In this document: one piece after another, positions 1-9,684 of the stretch | How positions within the stretch are numbered: position 1 is the first letter of the stretch | Layout: the number at the start of each line of letters is the position of its first letter | Assembly: GCA_043814965.1 (NCBI GenBank) | Contig: JBDRJN010000003.1 | Coordinates: 136,677 to 200,676 of the forward strand | From: Candidatus Omnitrophota bacterium | GTDB taxonomy: Bacteria > Omnitrophota > Gorgyraeia > Gorgyraeales > Gorgyraeaceae | Length of the DNA: 64,000 nt | Reading direction: 5' to 3' | The notes under the pieces: model-generated | What the model saw: only the letters and a program-made list of their open reading frames with translations | What the model was told of the DNA's origin: nothing | Database searches by the model: none | Program-made: the position numbers and the translations under genes

Positions 1-11
1 CCAGACCTTAG

Positions 12-47
12 TTAAGGTAGGGGAGCTTTAAAGCTCCCCTACCTTAA
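12..47. repeat. Palindromic element copy 1 of a multi-copy GTAGGGGAG...CTCCCCTAC family, here TTAAGGTAGGGGAGCTTTAAAGCTCCCCTACCTTAA
   Basis: Perfect 36-bp palindrome read directly. The same arms recur at 17431, 17658, 18351 and 18482. No U-tract follows on either strand. Confidence 0.7.
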
Positions 48-62
48 ATCGCGTCTATAGGC

Positions 63-932
63 TTAGTTTTCGAGTGACGATCTTGCAAAGGGCTTTGATA
101 TTACATCCTTAAAGCCTATGTCTTTTGCCATCACCGCAAATTCATCAAATTCTTCTGGGGCTAAAAATCTCTTTACCTCTACTGAATCAGATCTTGGCCT
201 TAGGTATTGGCCTATTACTATAATATCACACCCTGAAGCCTTGAGATCCCTCATCGTGTTATATATCTCTTCTTTGTCCTCGCCTAGTCCTGCCATCAAG
301 CCGCTCTTAGTAGTAATAAAAGGGCTTGTTGACTTAGCTTGTTTAATAACGCCCAAGGACCTGTCGTAATCAGCTTCTTTCCGTATGTCGCCATACAGCC
401 TGGGCACTGTCTCAATATTGTGAGAAAATACATTAGGCCCGGCAAGGACTACTTTTTCTATAGACTCCCTATTTCCTCCAAAATCTGGCACCAGCACTTC
501 TATATGCAATAGACTCTCAAACCCTCTTAATATCTCTACGGCCTTGGCAAAATGTTTTGCGCCCCCATCTTCTAGATCGTCTCTTGTGACAGAAGTTATG
601 GTAACTCTCTTAGCGCCCATTCTCCTGACAGCCTCCTTTATATTTAAGAGTTCTGTCGGATCTGGCCTTTCTAGGCCTACCTTTTTTGTATCTATCGCGC
701 AAAATGCGCAATTCCTTGTGCAGAATTTTCCCAATATAAGAAAAGTGCACTTCTTCTTCGAAAAACATTCATGTATGTTGGGGCATCTCGCGCTTTGACA
801 GACAGTATTTAACTCCAAGTCTTTCAACAGCATGCTAGTCTCTTTTATGGATATATTATTTTTTACTGACTGCCTTATCCAACAGGGAAATCTCTTCGAA
901 TGAGGCAATGGCTTTAGCTTTAGCATCCTCAA
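63..932 (-). CDS. lipA: Lipoyl synthase
   Basis: Radical-SAM motif CAFC within CTRNCAFC and N-terminal cluster CPNIHEC. LipA-like N-terminus. Overlaps lipB by 77 bp; an alternative start at M34 (about 833) would remove the overlap. Confidence 0.85.
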   Translation of the reverse strand: MRMLKLKPLPHSKRFPCWIRQSVKNNISIKETSMLLKDLELNTVCQSARCPNIHECFSKKKCTFLILGKFCTRNCAFCAIDTKKVGLERPDPTELLNIKEAVRRMGAKRVTITSVTRDDLEDGGAKHFAKAVEILRGFESLLHIEVLVPDFGGNRESIEKVVLAGPNVFSHNIETVPRLYGDIRKEADYDRSLGVIKQAKSTSPFITTKSGLMAGLGEDKEEIYNTMRDLKASGCDIIVIGQYLRPRSDSVEVKRFLAPEEFDEFAVMAKDIGFKDVISKPFARSSLEN

Positions 933-1503
933 AACCTATCTTTCTGCCCAATATATCAGTTAAAGATGTCATGTTTACACTTTCGATACCGCAGGGCCTT
1001 ATAAAAGAAAAACCATCTTTATCTGATGTTATATTAATAGCCATGCCATGATAAGTAGTCCACTTCTTTACGCCTATCCCTATAGAAGCTATTTTATCCT
1101 GGCCTACCCAAACACCTCTAAAACCGTGTTTTCTTACCCCGAACACACCATACTTGGAAAGGAATCTTATGCCTACTTCTTCCAGGTATTCCAAAAATAA
1201 ATGTATATCTCTTGCTTCGTTTTCCAGCCTGACTATAGGGTACAAGACTAATTGTCCAAACCCATGATAAGTAACATCCCCGCCCCTATCGATATTTACA
1301 ATATTGATGCCTTTCGATAAGAGCTCTTCTTCTGAAAGCAGGATATTACCAGCATCGCTGAGCCTTCCAGCAGTTATTACAGGGTAATGCCGAGTGACTA
1401 GAACTGTATTGTCTCTCTTTTTCTCTGAGACATCCTGTACCAGATCAAGCTGTATCTTATATGTATCTAAAAATTCGGTTAGCCCAAGATCAATAATATT
1501 CAT
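856..1503 (-). CDS. lipB: Octanoyltransferase (lipoyl(octanoyl) transferase)
   Basis: 215 aa with LipB-like core (FHGMAINI..., KIASIG) and lipB-lipA gene order. Confidence 0.7.
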   Translation of the reverse strand: MNIIDLGLTEFLDTYKIQLDLVQDVSEKKRDNTVLVTRHYPVITAGRLSDAGNILLSEEELLSKGINIVNIDRGGDVTYHGFGQLVLYPIVRLENEARDIHLFLEYLEEVGIRFLSKYGVFGVRKHGFRGVWVGQDKIASIGIGVKKWTTYHGMAINITSDKDGFSFIRPCGIESVNMTSLTDILGRKIGFEDAKAKAIASFEEISLLDKAVSKK

Positions 1504-1505
1504 CT

Positions 1506-2726
1506 TTATTTAAACCTGACCTTGTATGATTCAAGATGATGTGTCAAACCTTCTATCTTGGTCATCTTCTCGATCGCTACCTTTTCTTTTTCAAGGGCCT
1601 TCTTGGAATAGTTGATAGTATGAGAGCTTTTAAGAAAACTCCTTACATTAAGCCCTGAAAAAAACCTTGCTGTCCCTCCAGTAGGAAGTACGTGGCTTGG
1701 GCCAGCGACATAATCCCCTATACATACAGGAGAATAAGGGCCTATGAATATAGCCCCTGCATTTCTTATAAGCCTCAGGACCTTGTTGGGCCTTTTGACC
1801 AATATCTCTAGATGCTCGGGCGCTATTCTATTGATCACTTCAGCTGCCTGTTCTACATTCTTTGCAAGCACAATATAGCCTTTATCTATCTCTTTTTTTA
1901 TCATATTAGCGAATTTTTTAGAAGTAGTGACTAGTATGCCAGTGCCTTTCAAGTGTTCTCTCTGAGCCAATAGATCCTCTACTACATAATCCTTGTCTGA
2001 AAATTGATTTGCAAATACTACCACTTCGCTAGGGCCAGCGAGCATATCTATATCAACATATCCGAACACCTGCCTCTTGGCCTCTGTCACATAATCATTG
2101 CCAGGCCCGACTATCTTGTCGACCTTAGGGATGGTCTTTGTGCCAAAAGCAAGCGCTGCTATAGCCTGCGCGCCCCCAACTTTATATATCTCATCTACTT
2201 TTAATAGATTTGCGACTGCCAGTATATGAGGATCAATAAATCCGTCTTTATTGGGCGGGGTGGCGAGGATTATCCTTTTTACGCCTGCTATCTTTGCAGG
2301 CAGCACGCTCATATAGACGCTTGATACCAAAGGCGCGGTCCCTGCAGGTACATATATGCCAACTGTCTCTATAGGCCTAAATATCTCTCCGAGCTCTACG
2401 CCTTCATCCTGTTTTATCTTCCATGCCTTGGGAAATTGCTTTTTGTGAAATTTTTCTATATTGCCTATTATACCCTTAAGGCTAGATATAAAATCTGTAT
2501 CGATGTTCTGGTAAGCCCCGTTTATCTCACCTGCGGTAACCCTAAGATCCTTAGGGGAAAGTTTTACACGGTCGAATTTTCTAGTATACCTAAGGACTGC
2601 CTTGTCTCCATTATCCCTGACATCTTCTATTATCCTGCGGACTTTTTCTGTGACCCTTTTTTTATTGCAATAATATCTTTCACATAGGTTGCGTATTTCT
2701 TTGCTGGACAGTTTTAAGATCTTCAT
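1506..2726 (-). CDS. hisD: Histidinol dehydrogenase
   Basis: Motifs VGIYVPAGTAPLVSSVYMSVLPAKIAGV, GGAQAIAALAFGT, IDMLAGPSEVVV and GPSHVLPTGGTARF are typical of HisD. Confidence 0.8.
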   Translation of the reverse strand: MKILKLSSKEIRNLCERYYCNKKRVTEKVRRIIEDVRDNGDKAVLRYTRKFDRVKLSPKDLRVTAGEINGAYQNIDTDFISSLKGIIGNIEKFHKKQFPKAWKIKQDEGVELGEIFRPIETVGIYVPAGTAPLVSSVYMSVLPAKIAGVKRIILATPPNKDGFIDPHILAVANLLKVDEIYKVGGAQAIAALAFGTKTIPKVDKIVGPGNDYVTEAKRQVFGYVDIDMLAGPSEVVVFANQFSDKDYVVEDLLAQREHLKGTGILVTTSKKFANMIKKEIDKGYIVLAKNVEQAAEVINRIAPEHLEILVKRPNKVLRLIRNAGAIFIGPYSPVCIGDYVAGPSHVLPTGGTARFFSGLNVRSFLKSSHTINYSKKALEKEKVAIEKMTKIEGLTHHLESYKVRFK

Positions 2727-2729
2727 GGA

Positions 2730-5312
2730 TCACCTCATCATATTTTTTAGGACAGCTTTTCCTTTTTTTAATATCTCATCTATATCCTGGCCAGGCCTTC
2801 CTCCAGCCTGGGCAAAATCCTTCCTGCCGCCGCCTTTTATGCCAAAACTCGATCCTATTTCATTAAGGATAGTTACAGAATCTATCTTGTCATCTTTTAA
2901 GTCCTGAGAATACCCGATAATCAGTGCAAGTTTTCCATCTTTTTCTGAGGCAAGAATAAAAATAGTATTTTTTGATCTACCCTTGATAGTATCAGATGTC
3001 TTTCTAAGAAGCCCCATGTCAGCATTCTTTATCTCAGAGATGATCACTTCATGGTTCCCTATTCTTTCTTTATTATCCAGCATATCGCCTATATTTGACT
3101 GTGCTATCTTCTGGCCCAACGTCTCAAGATCCTTTTCTATTCTTTTGATCTTACTGGACGACTCTTCTATGGTTCTTTCAATGTGCGCAGGGTCTGTACC
3201 TAGGATAGCCGCTATCTCCAATATCAGGTCATTTTTTTCTTTCACCTTCTTTAATGCCTCGTCGCTTGTAGCAGCCTCGATCCTTCTTATCCCGCTCGCG
3301 ATCGAAGACTCGGACAATATCTTAAATAAACCTATACTGCCTGTTTCTTTTACGTGGCATCCGCCGCAAAGCTCCTTGCTGTACTCTCCAACGCTTACCA
3401 TCCTTACTTCATCTGAATATTTCTCGCCAAAGAGCGCCATTGCGCCCTGTTTTTTTGCATCCTCTAAAGGCATTGACTTTTTATTGACTATGCTGTTCTT
3501 TTTTATGGCTCTATTTACTATTTCTTCTATTCTGGATATCTCATCGCTTGTTAAAGCCTTGAAATGCGTAAAATCGAACCTGAGCCTGTCTGGCGCTACT
3601 AATGAGCCAGCCTGTTTTACATGCTCTCCCAGGACTTTTCTAAGCGCATAGTGAAGAATATGTGTCGCTGTATGGTTCTTCTTTATTTTTTCCCTGCGGG
3701 ATGCATCGACCCTCAACAAGACCTCTTCTCCTTTTTTTAGAGAGCCTTCTTTTACAATGACTTCGTGCTTGACAGCTCCTCCGACATCAACCGCATCCTT
3801 TATTTCTGCTATATTCTTATCGTGTTTTAGTATCTGGCCTGTATCACCTACCTGTCCGCCTTTTTCACCATAAAAATTAGTCTCTTTAAAAAATAAACTA
3901 CCCTTTTCGCCTTTTTGAAGTTCTCCTACTATACTGTTATCCTTTATGAGTTCTTCTATCTTGGCCTTTATCTCGAGCCTATCTTCTATGAACCTGGTTT
4001 CGCCCAATTTTAATCTATCCTCCACTGATACGTTATCGAATATGCTGCTTTTGATCTTGCTCTTTTCCCTTGATTTAGCCCTCTGTTCCTCCATGCAATC
4101 TTCGAATTCTTTAGTATCCACTGCCTTATTATTTGATTCCACTATCTCCTTGGTCAGCTCAAGCGGAAAACCATAAGTATCATAGAGCTTAAAAGCGTCT
4201 TTTCCTGAAAGCCTTTTCGAAGCCCCCTTGATCATTTCATTTAGATTAAGCAATCCTTCTTGAAGAGTTGCCTTGAACCTGTCTTCTTCTGCTTGGACAA
4301 CCTGAGAGATGCCTTCTTTATGTTTACTGATCTCTGGGTATGGCCTTTCCATGACTTTAGCAACTACGGGAACGATTCTATATAAAAATGGCTCTTTCAG
4401 GCCAAGCGATCTTCCATACCAAAAAGCCTTTCTTATGAGCTTGCGTATCACATAACCTCTTCCTTCGTTAGAGGGCAGTACTCCATCGCTTATTGCAAAT
4501 GTCACTGCCCTTACATGGTCAGCTATCGCGCTGATATATTTTACCAGGTCTTCCTTTGGGGAGGCCTGGATAGACTCTATTGAAAGATCCTTTATCATAT
4601 TTACGATAGGCGTGAATGAATCTATCTGGAAATTCGTAGATTTACCCTGTATGACCCTTGCAATTCTTTCCAACCCCATGCCAGTATCTATGTTTTTATT
4701 TGGAAGAGGTTCTAATTTTCCTCCATCATGCCTATCAAACTGGGTAAATACCAGGTTCCAGACTTCTACGCCATCCGCCCCGCCAAAAAAAATCTCCGAG
4801 CACGGCCCGCACGGCCCATTTGGGCCTTCTGTAGGCGCGTTCGCAGGCCAAAAATTATCCTTTTCACCTAATTTCAAGATATTTTCTTTAGGGATCCTTA
4901 TAATATCTTTCCAGATACTGTAGGCTTCCGGGTCATCTTTATATACAGATACCCACAGGTCTTTTTCCTTTAACCCGAGGTCTTTTGTAAGAAATTCCCA
5001 CGCCCAGGATATAGCCTCTTTTTTAAAATAATCCCCAAATGAAAAATTCCCGAGCATCTCAAAAAATGTATGGTGCCCTGCAGTCTTTCCAACATTATAA
5101 AGGTCACCAGTGCGAAGACACTTTTGGCATGTAGCAGCCCTGCGGGAGCCTTTGACTCTTCCTAAAAATTCATCTTTAAATTGATTCATGCCAGCTCCTG
5201 TAAAAAGGAGCGTAGGGTCATTGGAAGGGACCAGCGAATCGCTCGGATGTATAGCGTGCCCTCTATCTTTGAAAAAATCTAAGAATCTATCTCTTATCTC
5301 ATCTACTATCAT
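2730..5312 (-). CDS. alaS: Alanine--tRNA ligase
   Basis: 860 aa with FTGAGMNQFKD, HHTFFEMLGNFSFGDYFK and the editing-domain HxxxH/CGGCH motifs. Confidence 0.9.
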   Translation of the reverse strand: MIVDEIRDRFLDFFKDRGHAIHPSDSLVPSNDPTLLFTGAGMNQFKDEFLGRVKGSRRAATCQKCLRTGDLYNVGKTAGHHTFFEMLGNFSFGDYFKKEAISWAWEFLTKDLGLKEKDLWVSVYKDDPEAYSIWKDIIRIPKENILKLGEKDNFWPANAPTEGPNGPCGPCSEIFFGGADGVEVWNLVFTQFDRHDGGKLEPLPNKNIDTGMGLERIARVIQGKSTNFQIDSFTPIVNMIKDLSIESIQASPKEDLVKYISAIADHVRAVTFAISDGVLPSNEGRGYVIRKLIRKAFWYGRSLGLKEPFLYRIVPVVAKVMERPYPEISKHKEGISQVVQAEEDRFKATLQEGLLNLNEMIKGASKRLSGKDAFKLYDTYGFPLELTKEIVESNNKAVDTKEFEDCMEEQRAKSREKSKIKSSIFDNVSVEDRLKLGETRFIEDRLEIKAKIEELIKDNSIVGELQKGEKGSLFFKETNFYGEKGGQVGDTGQILKHDKNIAEIKDAVDVGGAVKHEVIVKEGSLKKGEEVLLRVDASRREKIKKNHTATHILHYALRKVLGEHVKQAGSLVAPDRLRFDFTHFKALTSDEISRIEEIVNRAIKKNSIVNKKSMPLEDAKKQGAMALFGEKYSDEVRMVSVGEYSKELCGGCHVKETGSIGLFKILSESSIASGIRRIEAATSDEALKKVKEKNDLILEIAAILGTDPAHIERTIEESSSKIKRIEKDLETLGQKIAQSNIGDMLDNKERIGNHEVIISEIKNADMGLLRKTSDTIKGRSKNTIFILASEKDGKLALIIGYSQDLKDDKIDSVTILNEIGSSFGIKGGGRKDFAQAGGRPGQDIDEILKKGKAVLKNMMR

Positions 5313-5392
5313 TACATCTCAAAAGTTAGCAAAAGATACCTTATCAAACAGGCTTGAATTATTGTTCGGACAGCCTATAAAAATAAATAGTC

Positions 5393-6436
5393 TTAAGTTT
5401 TTGCCGGGGATTTGGCAAGTACAGTCTGTTTTATCTTTTTCTCTATTTCACTGCTCATCTTGATATTGTTCCTTAAATACTCTCTGGCTGATTCTCTTCC
5501 CTGGCCGATCTTTTCACTGTTATATGTAAGCCATGATCCGCTTTTCTCAAGTACGCCGGTCTCAACTCCCAGATCAAGTATACTTCCAGACCTGGAGATA
5601 CCTTCGTCATGCATGATATCGAACTCTGCTTTCTTAAAAGGCGGGGCGACTTTATTTTTTACTACCTTTGCCCTTATTCTTGCGCCTATCACATCGTCGC
5701 CTGTCTTTAATGCGCCGATCTTTCTAAGGTCTATCCTTACGGATGCGTAGAACTTTAAAGCCCTTCCTCCAGTAGTAGTCTCAGGATTTCCGAACATTAC
5801 GCCTATTTTTTCTCTTATCTGATTTATAAATATAACGCATGTATTGGTCTTGGAAATAATAGCTGTGAGTTTTCTTAAGGCCTGTGACATGAGGCGAGCT
5901 TGTAAGCCAATATGCCTATCGCCCATTTCGCCCTCTATCTCTGCTTTTGGTACTAATGCTGCAACAGAATCCACTACTATCAGATCCACTGCATTACTCC
6001 TAACGAGCATCTCGGCTATATCCAATGCCTGCTCGCCTGTATCAGGCTGGGAGATCAAAAGATCATCAAGATTGACACCTAGTTTTTTTGCATATGTAGG
6101 GTCAAGCGCGTGTTCAGCATCTATAAACGCAGCTACACCGCCTTGTTTCTGCACCTGAGAGATTATACTTAAGGTCAAAGTAGTCTTTCCTCCTGCCTCA
6201 GGCCCAAATATCTCAACGATCCTTCCTCTAGGCACTCCTCCTACGCCTAAAGCCAGGTCCAGAGATAATGCTCCTGTAGAGATCGAATCTACTTCAAAGT
6301 TTGTGCCCTGCCCTAGCTTCATAATAGAGCCTTTACCGAATTGTTTTTCTATCTGTGAAACCGCTGTATTCAATGCCTTGAGCTTATCATCAGTAGATAT
6401 TGTCTTTTTCTCGCTCTTTTCCATCTTTTTTACCAT
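5393..6436 (-). CDS. recA: Recombinase RecA
   Basis: Walker [13 protein letters not shown] and a RecA core conserved throughout. Confidence 0.92.
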   Translation of the reverse strand: MVKKMEKSEKKTISTDDKLKALNTAVSQIEKQFGKGSIMKLGQGTNFEVDSISTGALSLDLALGVGGVPRGRIVEIFGPEAGGKTTLTLSIISQVQKQGGVAAFIDAEHALDPTYAKKLGVNLDDLLISQPDTGEQALDIAEMLVRSNAVDLIVVDSVAALVPKAEIEGEMGDRHIGLQARLMSQALRKLTAIISKTNTCVIFINQIREKIGVMFGNPETTTGGRALKFYASVRIDLRKIGALKTGDDVIGARIRAKVVKNKVAPPFKKAEFDIMHDEGISRSGSILDLGVETGVLEKSGSWLTYNSEKIGQGRESAREYLRNNIKMSSEIEKKIKQTVLAKSPAKT

Positions 6437-6497
6437 GACTTCCTCCTATTGTGATACAGATTGACCTACCATAAATTTTGGCGGGTGAGTTCAGCCA

Positions 6498-6529
6498 GCG
6501 GTTTATGTTTACTTCGTTCCATAAACCGC
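6498..6529. promoter_or_regulatory. Perfect 10-bp inverted repeat GCGGTTTATG-N12-CATAAACCGC in the recA/cinA divergent intergenic region; candidate operator (LexA-type or other)
   Basis: Read directly at 6498-6507 and 6520-6529. Lies about 60-90 bp upstream of the recA start. No U-tract, so unlikely to be a terminator. Confidence 0.3.
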
Positions 6530-6816
6530 GACTTCATTCAAATTATACAACTCTATCCAGTCAATGTAAAGTAATTATTAATAATATGATATATATATAC
6601 CATATGGGCATTTTATTCTCAACTGTTTTCTATCGGACCACCTCCCCCTACTATATAAGACAATTCTAGAGGCTGTTTTCTTTCAAGAAAAATAACTTTT
6701 TTAGGATATGACACCTTCCCGATTGGGCGGGAAACAGCTTCCTTCACGGGTTGGAAAACGTCTCTGATTAGGATTAGGGCTTGATTATATAGCGCTTATT
6801 ACTTATAATAACTGCT

Positions 6817-8055
6817 ATGGATATAAAAGCTACGATAATATGTATAGGAAATGAAATAATGCTGGGGCATATTGCTAATACCAATGCCCAGTACATATCC
6901 AGCGCCCTATCAACCATAGGCATAAAGACTGTAAAGCAGCTCTCTATCCCCGATAACATTGAAGCAATATCCCTAGCAACAACAAAATCTCTCTATCACT
7001 CCAACATTGTCATAGTTACAGGCGGGTTAGGCCCAACAGTGGATGATATAACGCTTGAGTCTATTTCAAAAGCTCTCAATAAAAAATTGATACTCAATGA
7101 AACAGTCGCCAGACATATAAAGGATCATTTCAAAAAAAGGCATCTAGCGATGCCAAAAAACAACATGCGTCAGGCCCTGGTCCCGGAAGAAGCTACTTAT
7201 ATACTGAATAATGTAGGTACTGCGCCTGGGATAGTAATAACGCTTCCCAATAGATTGCTGATAGCTCTTCCAGGAGTGCCATTTGAGATGATGCCGATGA
7301 TGGATGATTTTGTGCTAAGTTATCTAAAAAAACATTTCAAGACAAATAGCACTATAAAATCCCGAGTCATAAAGATGACTGGTTTACCTGAATCAAAAGT
7401 AAATGAAAAACTAGAAGACATACTCAGGCTTTCCGGAAATATAGAGATGGGCATATACCCCTACCCCGAAGAGATAATAGTAAAGATAACTGCGCAGGAA
7501 GAAAACCTAAAAAAAGCTGCCAAGGCCATAGAAGAAATAGAAAAAAAGATACTATCCCGGATGAAAGACTATATATTCGGCTATGACAATGATACCCTGG
7601 AAGAGATCGTAGGTAAACTCCTCTCGAAAAAGAAAAACACTTTATCTATAGCTGAATCATGCACAGGGGGGCTGCTCGCAAATAGGATCACCAATGTTCC
7701 AGGGAGCTCCAGTTACTTTAAGGTGGGGATAGTAACATACTCGAATGAATCAAAAAACAAATCTCTAAATATACCTTTTTCTCTTATTAAAAAACATGGT
7801 GCCGTGTCTAAAGAAATCACTACCCTAATGGCAAAAAACATAAGACTGCTTTCGAGTAGCAGCATTGGCATAGGTATCAGTGGTATTGCCGGCCCTGGAG
7901 GAGGCACAAAAACTAAGCCCGTGGGACTTGTATATATAGCGCTTTCGACCAAAAATAGGACTATATGTAAAAGGTTCGGATTTTTAGGCCAGCGGAATAT
8001 TGTAAAGCAAAAAGCAACACAAGCTGCGCTCAATATGATCAGAACCAGCTTATGA
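6817..8055 (+). CDS. cinA: Competence/damage-inducible protein CinA (MocF-like N-domain plus C-terminal PncC-like NMN deamidase domain)
   Basis: 412 aa. N-terminus IICIGNEIMLGHIANTNAQYIS is CinA-like. C-terminal domain has SIAESCTGGLLA and GPGGGTKTKPVGLVYIAL. Confidence 0.8.
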   Translation: MDIKATIICIGNEIMLGHIANTNAQYISSALSTIGIKTVKQLSIPDNIEAISLATTKSLYHSNIVIVTGGLGPTVDDITLESISKALNKKLILNETVARHIKDHFKKRHLAMPKNNMRQALVPEEATYILNNVGTAPGIVITLPNRLLIALPGVPFEMMPMMDDFVLSYLKKHFKTNSTIKSRVIKMTGLPESKVNEKLEDILRLSGNIEMGIYPYPEEIIVKITAQEENLKKAAKAIEEIEKKILSRMKDYIFGYDNDTLEEIVGKLLSKKKNTLSIAESCTGGLLANRITNVPGSSSYFKVGIVTYSNESKNKSLNIPFSLIKKHGAVSKEITTLMAKNIRLLSSSSIGIGISGIAGPGGGTKTKPVGLVYIALSTKNRTICKRFGFLGQRNIVKQKATQAALNMIRTSL

Positions 8056-8624
8056 ACACCATACGCGCTTTTATAGCTGTAGAGATCCCTCTTGCTATAA
8101 AAGAAAAACTTTCTCTCCTTATAAGCGATTTAAAAAAATCCAATGCTAATGTAAAATGGGTGGGCATAGAAGGCCTGCACTTTACCTTGAAATTCCTGGG
8201 CGATATTGAAAAAGATAAAGTAGGCGATATATCAAAAGAACTAAAAAAGATATCTAGTTCCTCTTCTATATTCTCTGTAAAGTTCTCAAAAATAGGCGCT
8301 TTTCCAAACATGAATAAACCCAGGGTGATATGGCTAGGAATAAGCCAGGGTGAGAATAACCTAATATCTCTTAATAAAAAAATAGAACTTTCTATGGAGG
8401 AACTGGGATTTCAGAAAGAAGGCCGTGAATATAAGGCTCATCTTACGTTAGGAAGGGTAAGGTCCTTTGAGAATATCTCTCAGCTTGCAAAGATAATAAA
8501 TTCTTTAAAAATACACATCAAAGGATCAGTTGAGATAAATAAAATAGTCCTTTATCAAAGCACGCTTACCCCAAAAGGCGCTATCTACACTCCTCTATCA
8601 GATCATACCCTTACAATATCGTAA
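8052..8624 (+). CDS. thpR: RNA 2',3'-cyclic phosphodiesterase (2'-5' RNA ligase family, 2H phosphoesterase)
   Basis: Two H-x-T-x motifs (HFTLKFLG and HLTLGRV). 190 aa. 4-bp overlap with cinA. Confidence 0.7.
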   Translation: MNTIRAFIAVEIPLAIKEKLSLLISDLKKSNANVKWVGIEGLHFTLKFLGDIEKDKVGDISKELKKISSSSSIFSVKFSKIGAFPNMNKPRVIWLGISQGENNLISLNKKIELSMEELGFQKEGREYKAHLTLGRVRSFENISQLAKIINSLKIHIKGSVEINKIVLYQSTLTPKGAIYTPLSDHTLTIS

Positions 8625-8656
8625 AAAGACATGTCCCCGGATAACATGCTCCAGGA

Positions 8657-9118
8657 TTATTTTGAGAACTCAAATACAAAATAATATATACCCTGCATGG
8701 TGAGATTCGCGTATATAGCTGCCAGGACATCGTCCAGGATTATTCCATGGGGGGACTTGAGCTTTTCAAGTTTAAATATCGGCCAAGGCTTGACCACATC
8801 AAAAAGCCTGAAAAAGAAATACGCTCCCGCCACGATCACTGGTTTTAATGGCAAAAGATACAATGCTATGAGCATCCCTATAAATTCATCCAGTACGATC
8901 TCCCTGGGATCCTCCCTGCCAAACTCTTTTTCAGCTTGTTTAATAGTCAAAAATCCTGCTATAAAGGACAATATGATCATTAAACTGTGTAAGGCAATAT
9001 TACCTCTTATAAAATAATATACTACTACAAGGCCTACAAAACTAGCCGCACTACCTGAAGCAAACGGCGCATATCCTACCCCAAATAAGCTGGCAATGGC
9101 CCTGGAAAACTTTTTCAT
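8657..9118 (-). CDS. pgpA: Phosphatidylglycerophosphatase A
   Basis: 153-aa membrane protein with a PgpA-family pattern (GSAASF...DEFIGM). Confidence 0.65.
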   Translation of the reverse strand: MKKFSRAIASLFGVGYAPFASGSAASFVGLVVVYYFIRGNIALHSLMIILSFIAGFLTIKQAEKEFGREDPREIVLDEFIGMLIALYLLPLKPVIVAGAYFFFRLFDVVKPWPIFKLEKLKSPHGIILDDVLAAIYANLTMQGIYYFVFEFSK

Positions 9119-9684
9119 GACTTATCCCCCATAAATATATACTTATTCTTTAGCATAAAAGATACTCCGGATATCAAGGTCATGAGCACTGTTATAAACA
9201 TCAGTATATGAACACCCACAGCATAATAATCTATATAGCGAAAACTAAAACCGCTGTCCCTGATTACCAAAAATATAAGTATCGATATCACAGCCACCAT
9301 CTGCGATACGGTCTTGTGTTTTCCCGCGACCTCAGCTGAGAGCACTTTTTTCTGCGATAGAGCGTGTATCCTTATACCAGTAATAATAAACTCCCTTGTT
9401 ATGATCACCATCACCATCCACGCCGGCACTATCTTCATCTCGACAAATGCTAAAAACGCGCCCAACACCAGTATCTTATCCGCGATAGGGTCCATTAACT
9501 TGCCGAACGTGGTCATGAGGTTCAGCTTTCTTGCTAGAAGGCCATCGTAATAATCTGTGATGCACGCTGTTAAAAATAGCGCTAAAGCCGCAAACTTGGC
9601 GCCGGCGCCCCTGATAAATAAAAACAGTATAAAAAATACTGCTATCACGATCCTGGAAACAGTCAATTTATTGGGCAGGTTCAT
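9115..9684 (-). CDS. pgsA: CDP-diacylglycerol--glycerol-3-phosphate 3-phosphatidyltransferase
   Basis: CDP-alcohol phosphatidyltransferase motif DYYDGLLARK...GKLMDPIADK. Overlaps pgpA by 4 bp. Confidence 0.75.
   Translation of the reverse strand: MNLPNKLTVSRIVIAVFFILFLFIRGAGAKFAALALFLTACITDYYDGLLARKLNLMTTFGKLMDPIADKILVLGAFLAFVEMKIVPAWMVMVIITREFIITGIRIHALSQKKVLSAEVAGKHKTVSQMVAVISILIFLVIRDSGFSFRYIDYYAVGVHILMFITVLMTLISGVSFMLKNKYIFMGDKS

Noticed and set aside
18-43. Hairpin downstream of lipA considered as an intrinsic terminator
   Set aside because: No U-tract on either strand, and the same palindrome recurs four more times including inside a CDS. It was called as a repeat element instead.
856-932. 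The 77-bp lipA/lipB overlap as a possible frameshift or fusion
   Set aside because: Both reading frames are intact and both proteins are full length. It is most simply explained by an alternative downstream lipA start (M34) or by genuine overlap.
2983-3651. 222-aa plus-strand ORF antisense to alaS
   Set aside because: Low-complexity Ser/Leu/Ile-rich translation lying antisense to a strongly conserved coding region. Similar antisense ORFs inside recA, ftsK, pnp, dnaG and the carbamoyltransferase gene were rejected on the same grounds.
6478-6669. 63-aa ORF in the recA/cinA intergenic region
   Set aside because: No RBS, AT-rich promoter region, and it overlaps the candidate operator dyad. Most likely non-coding.
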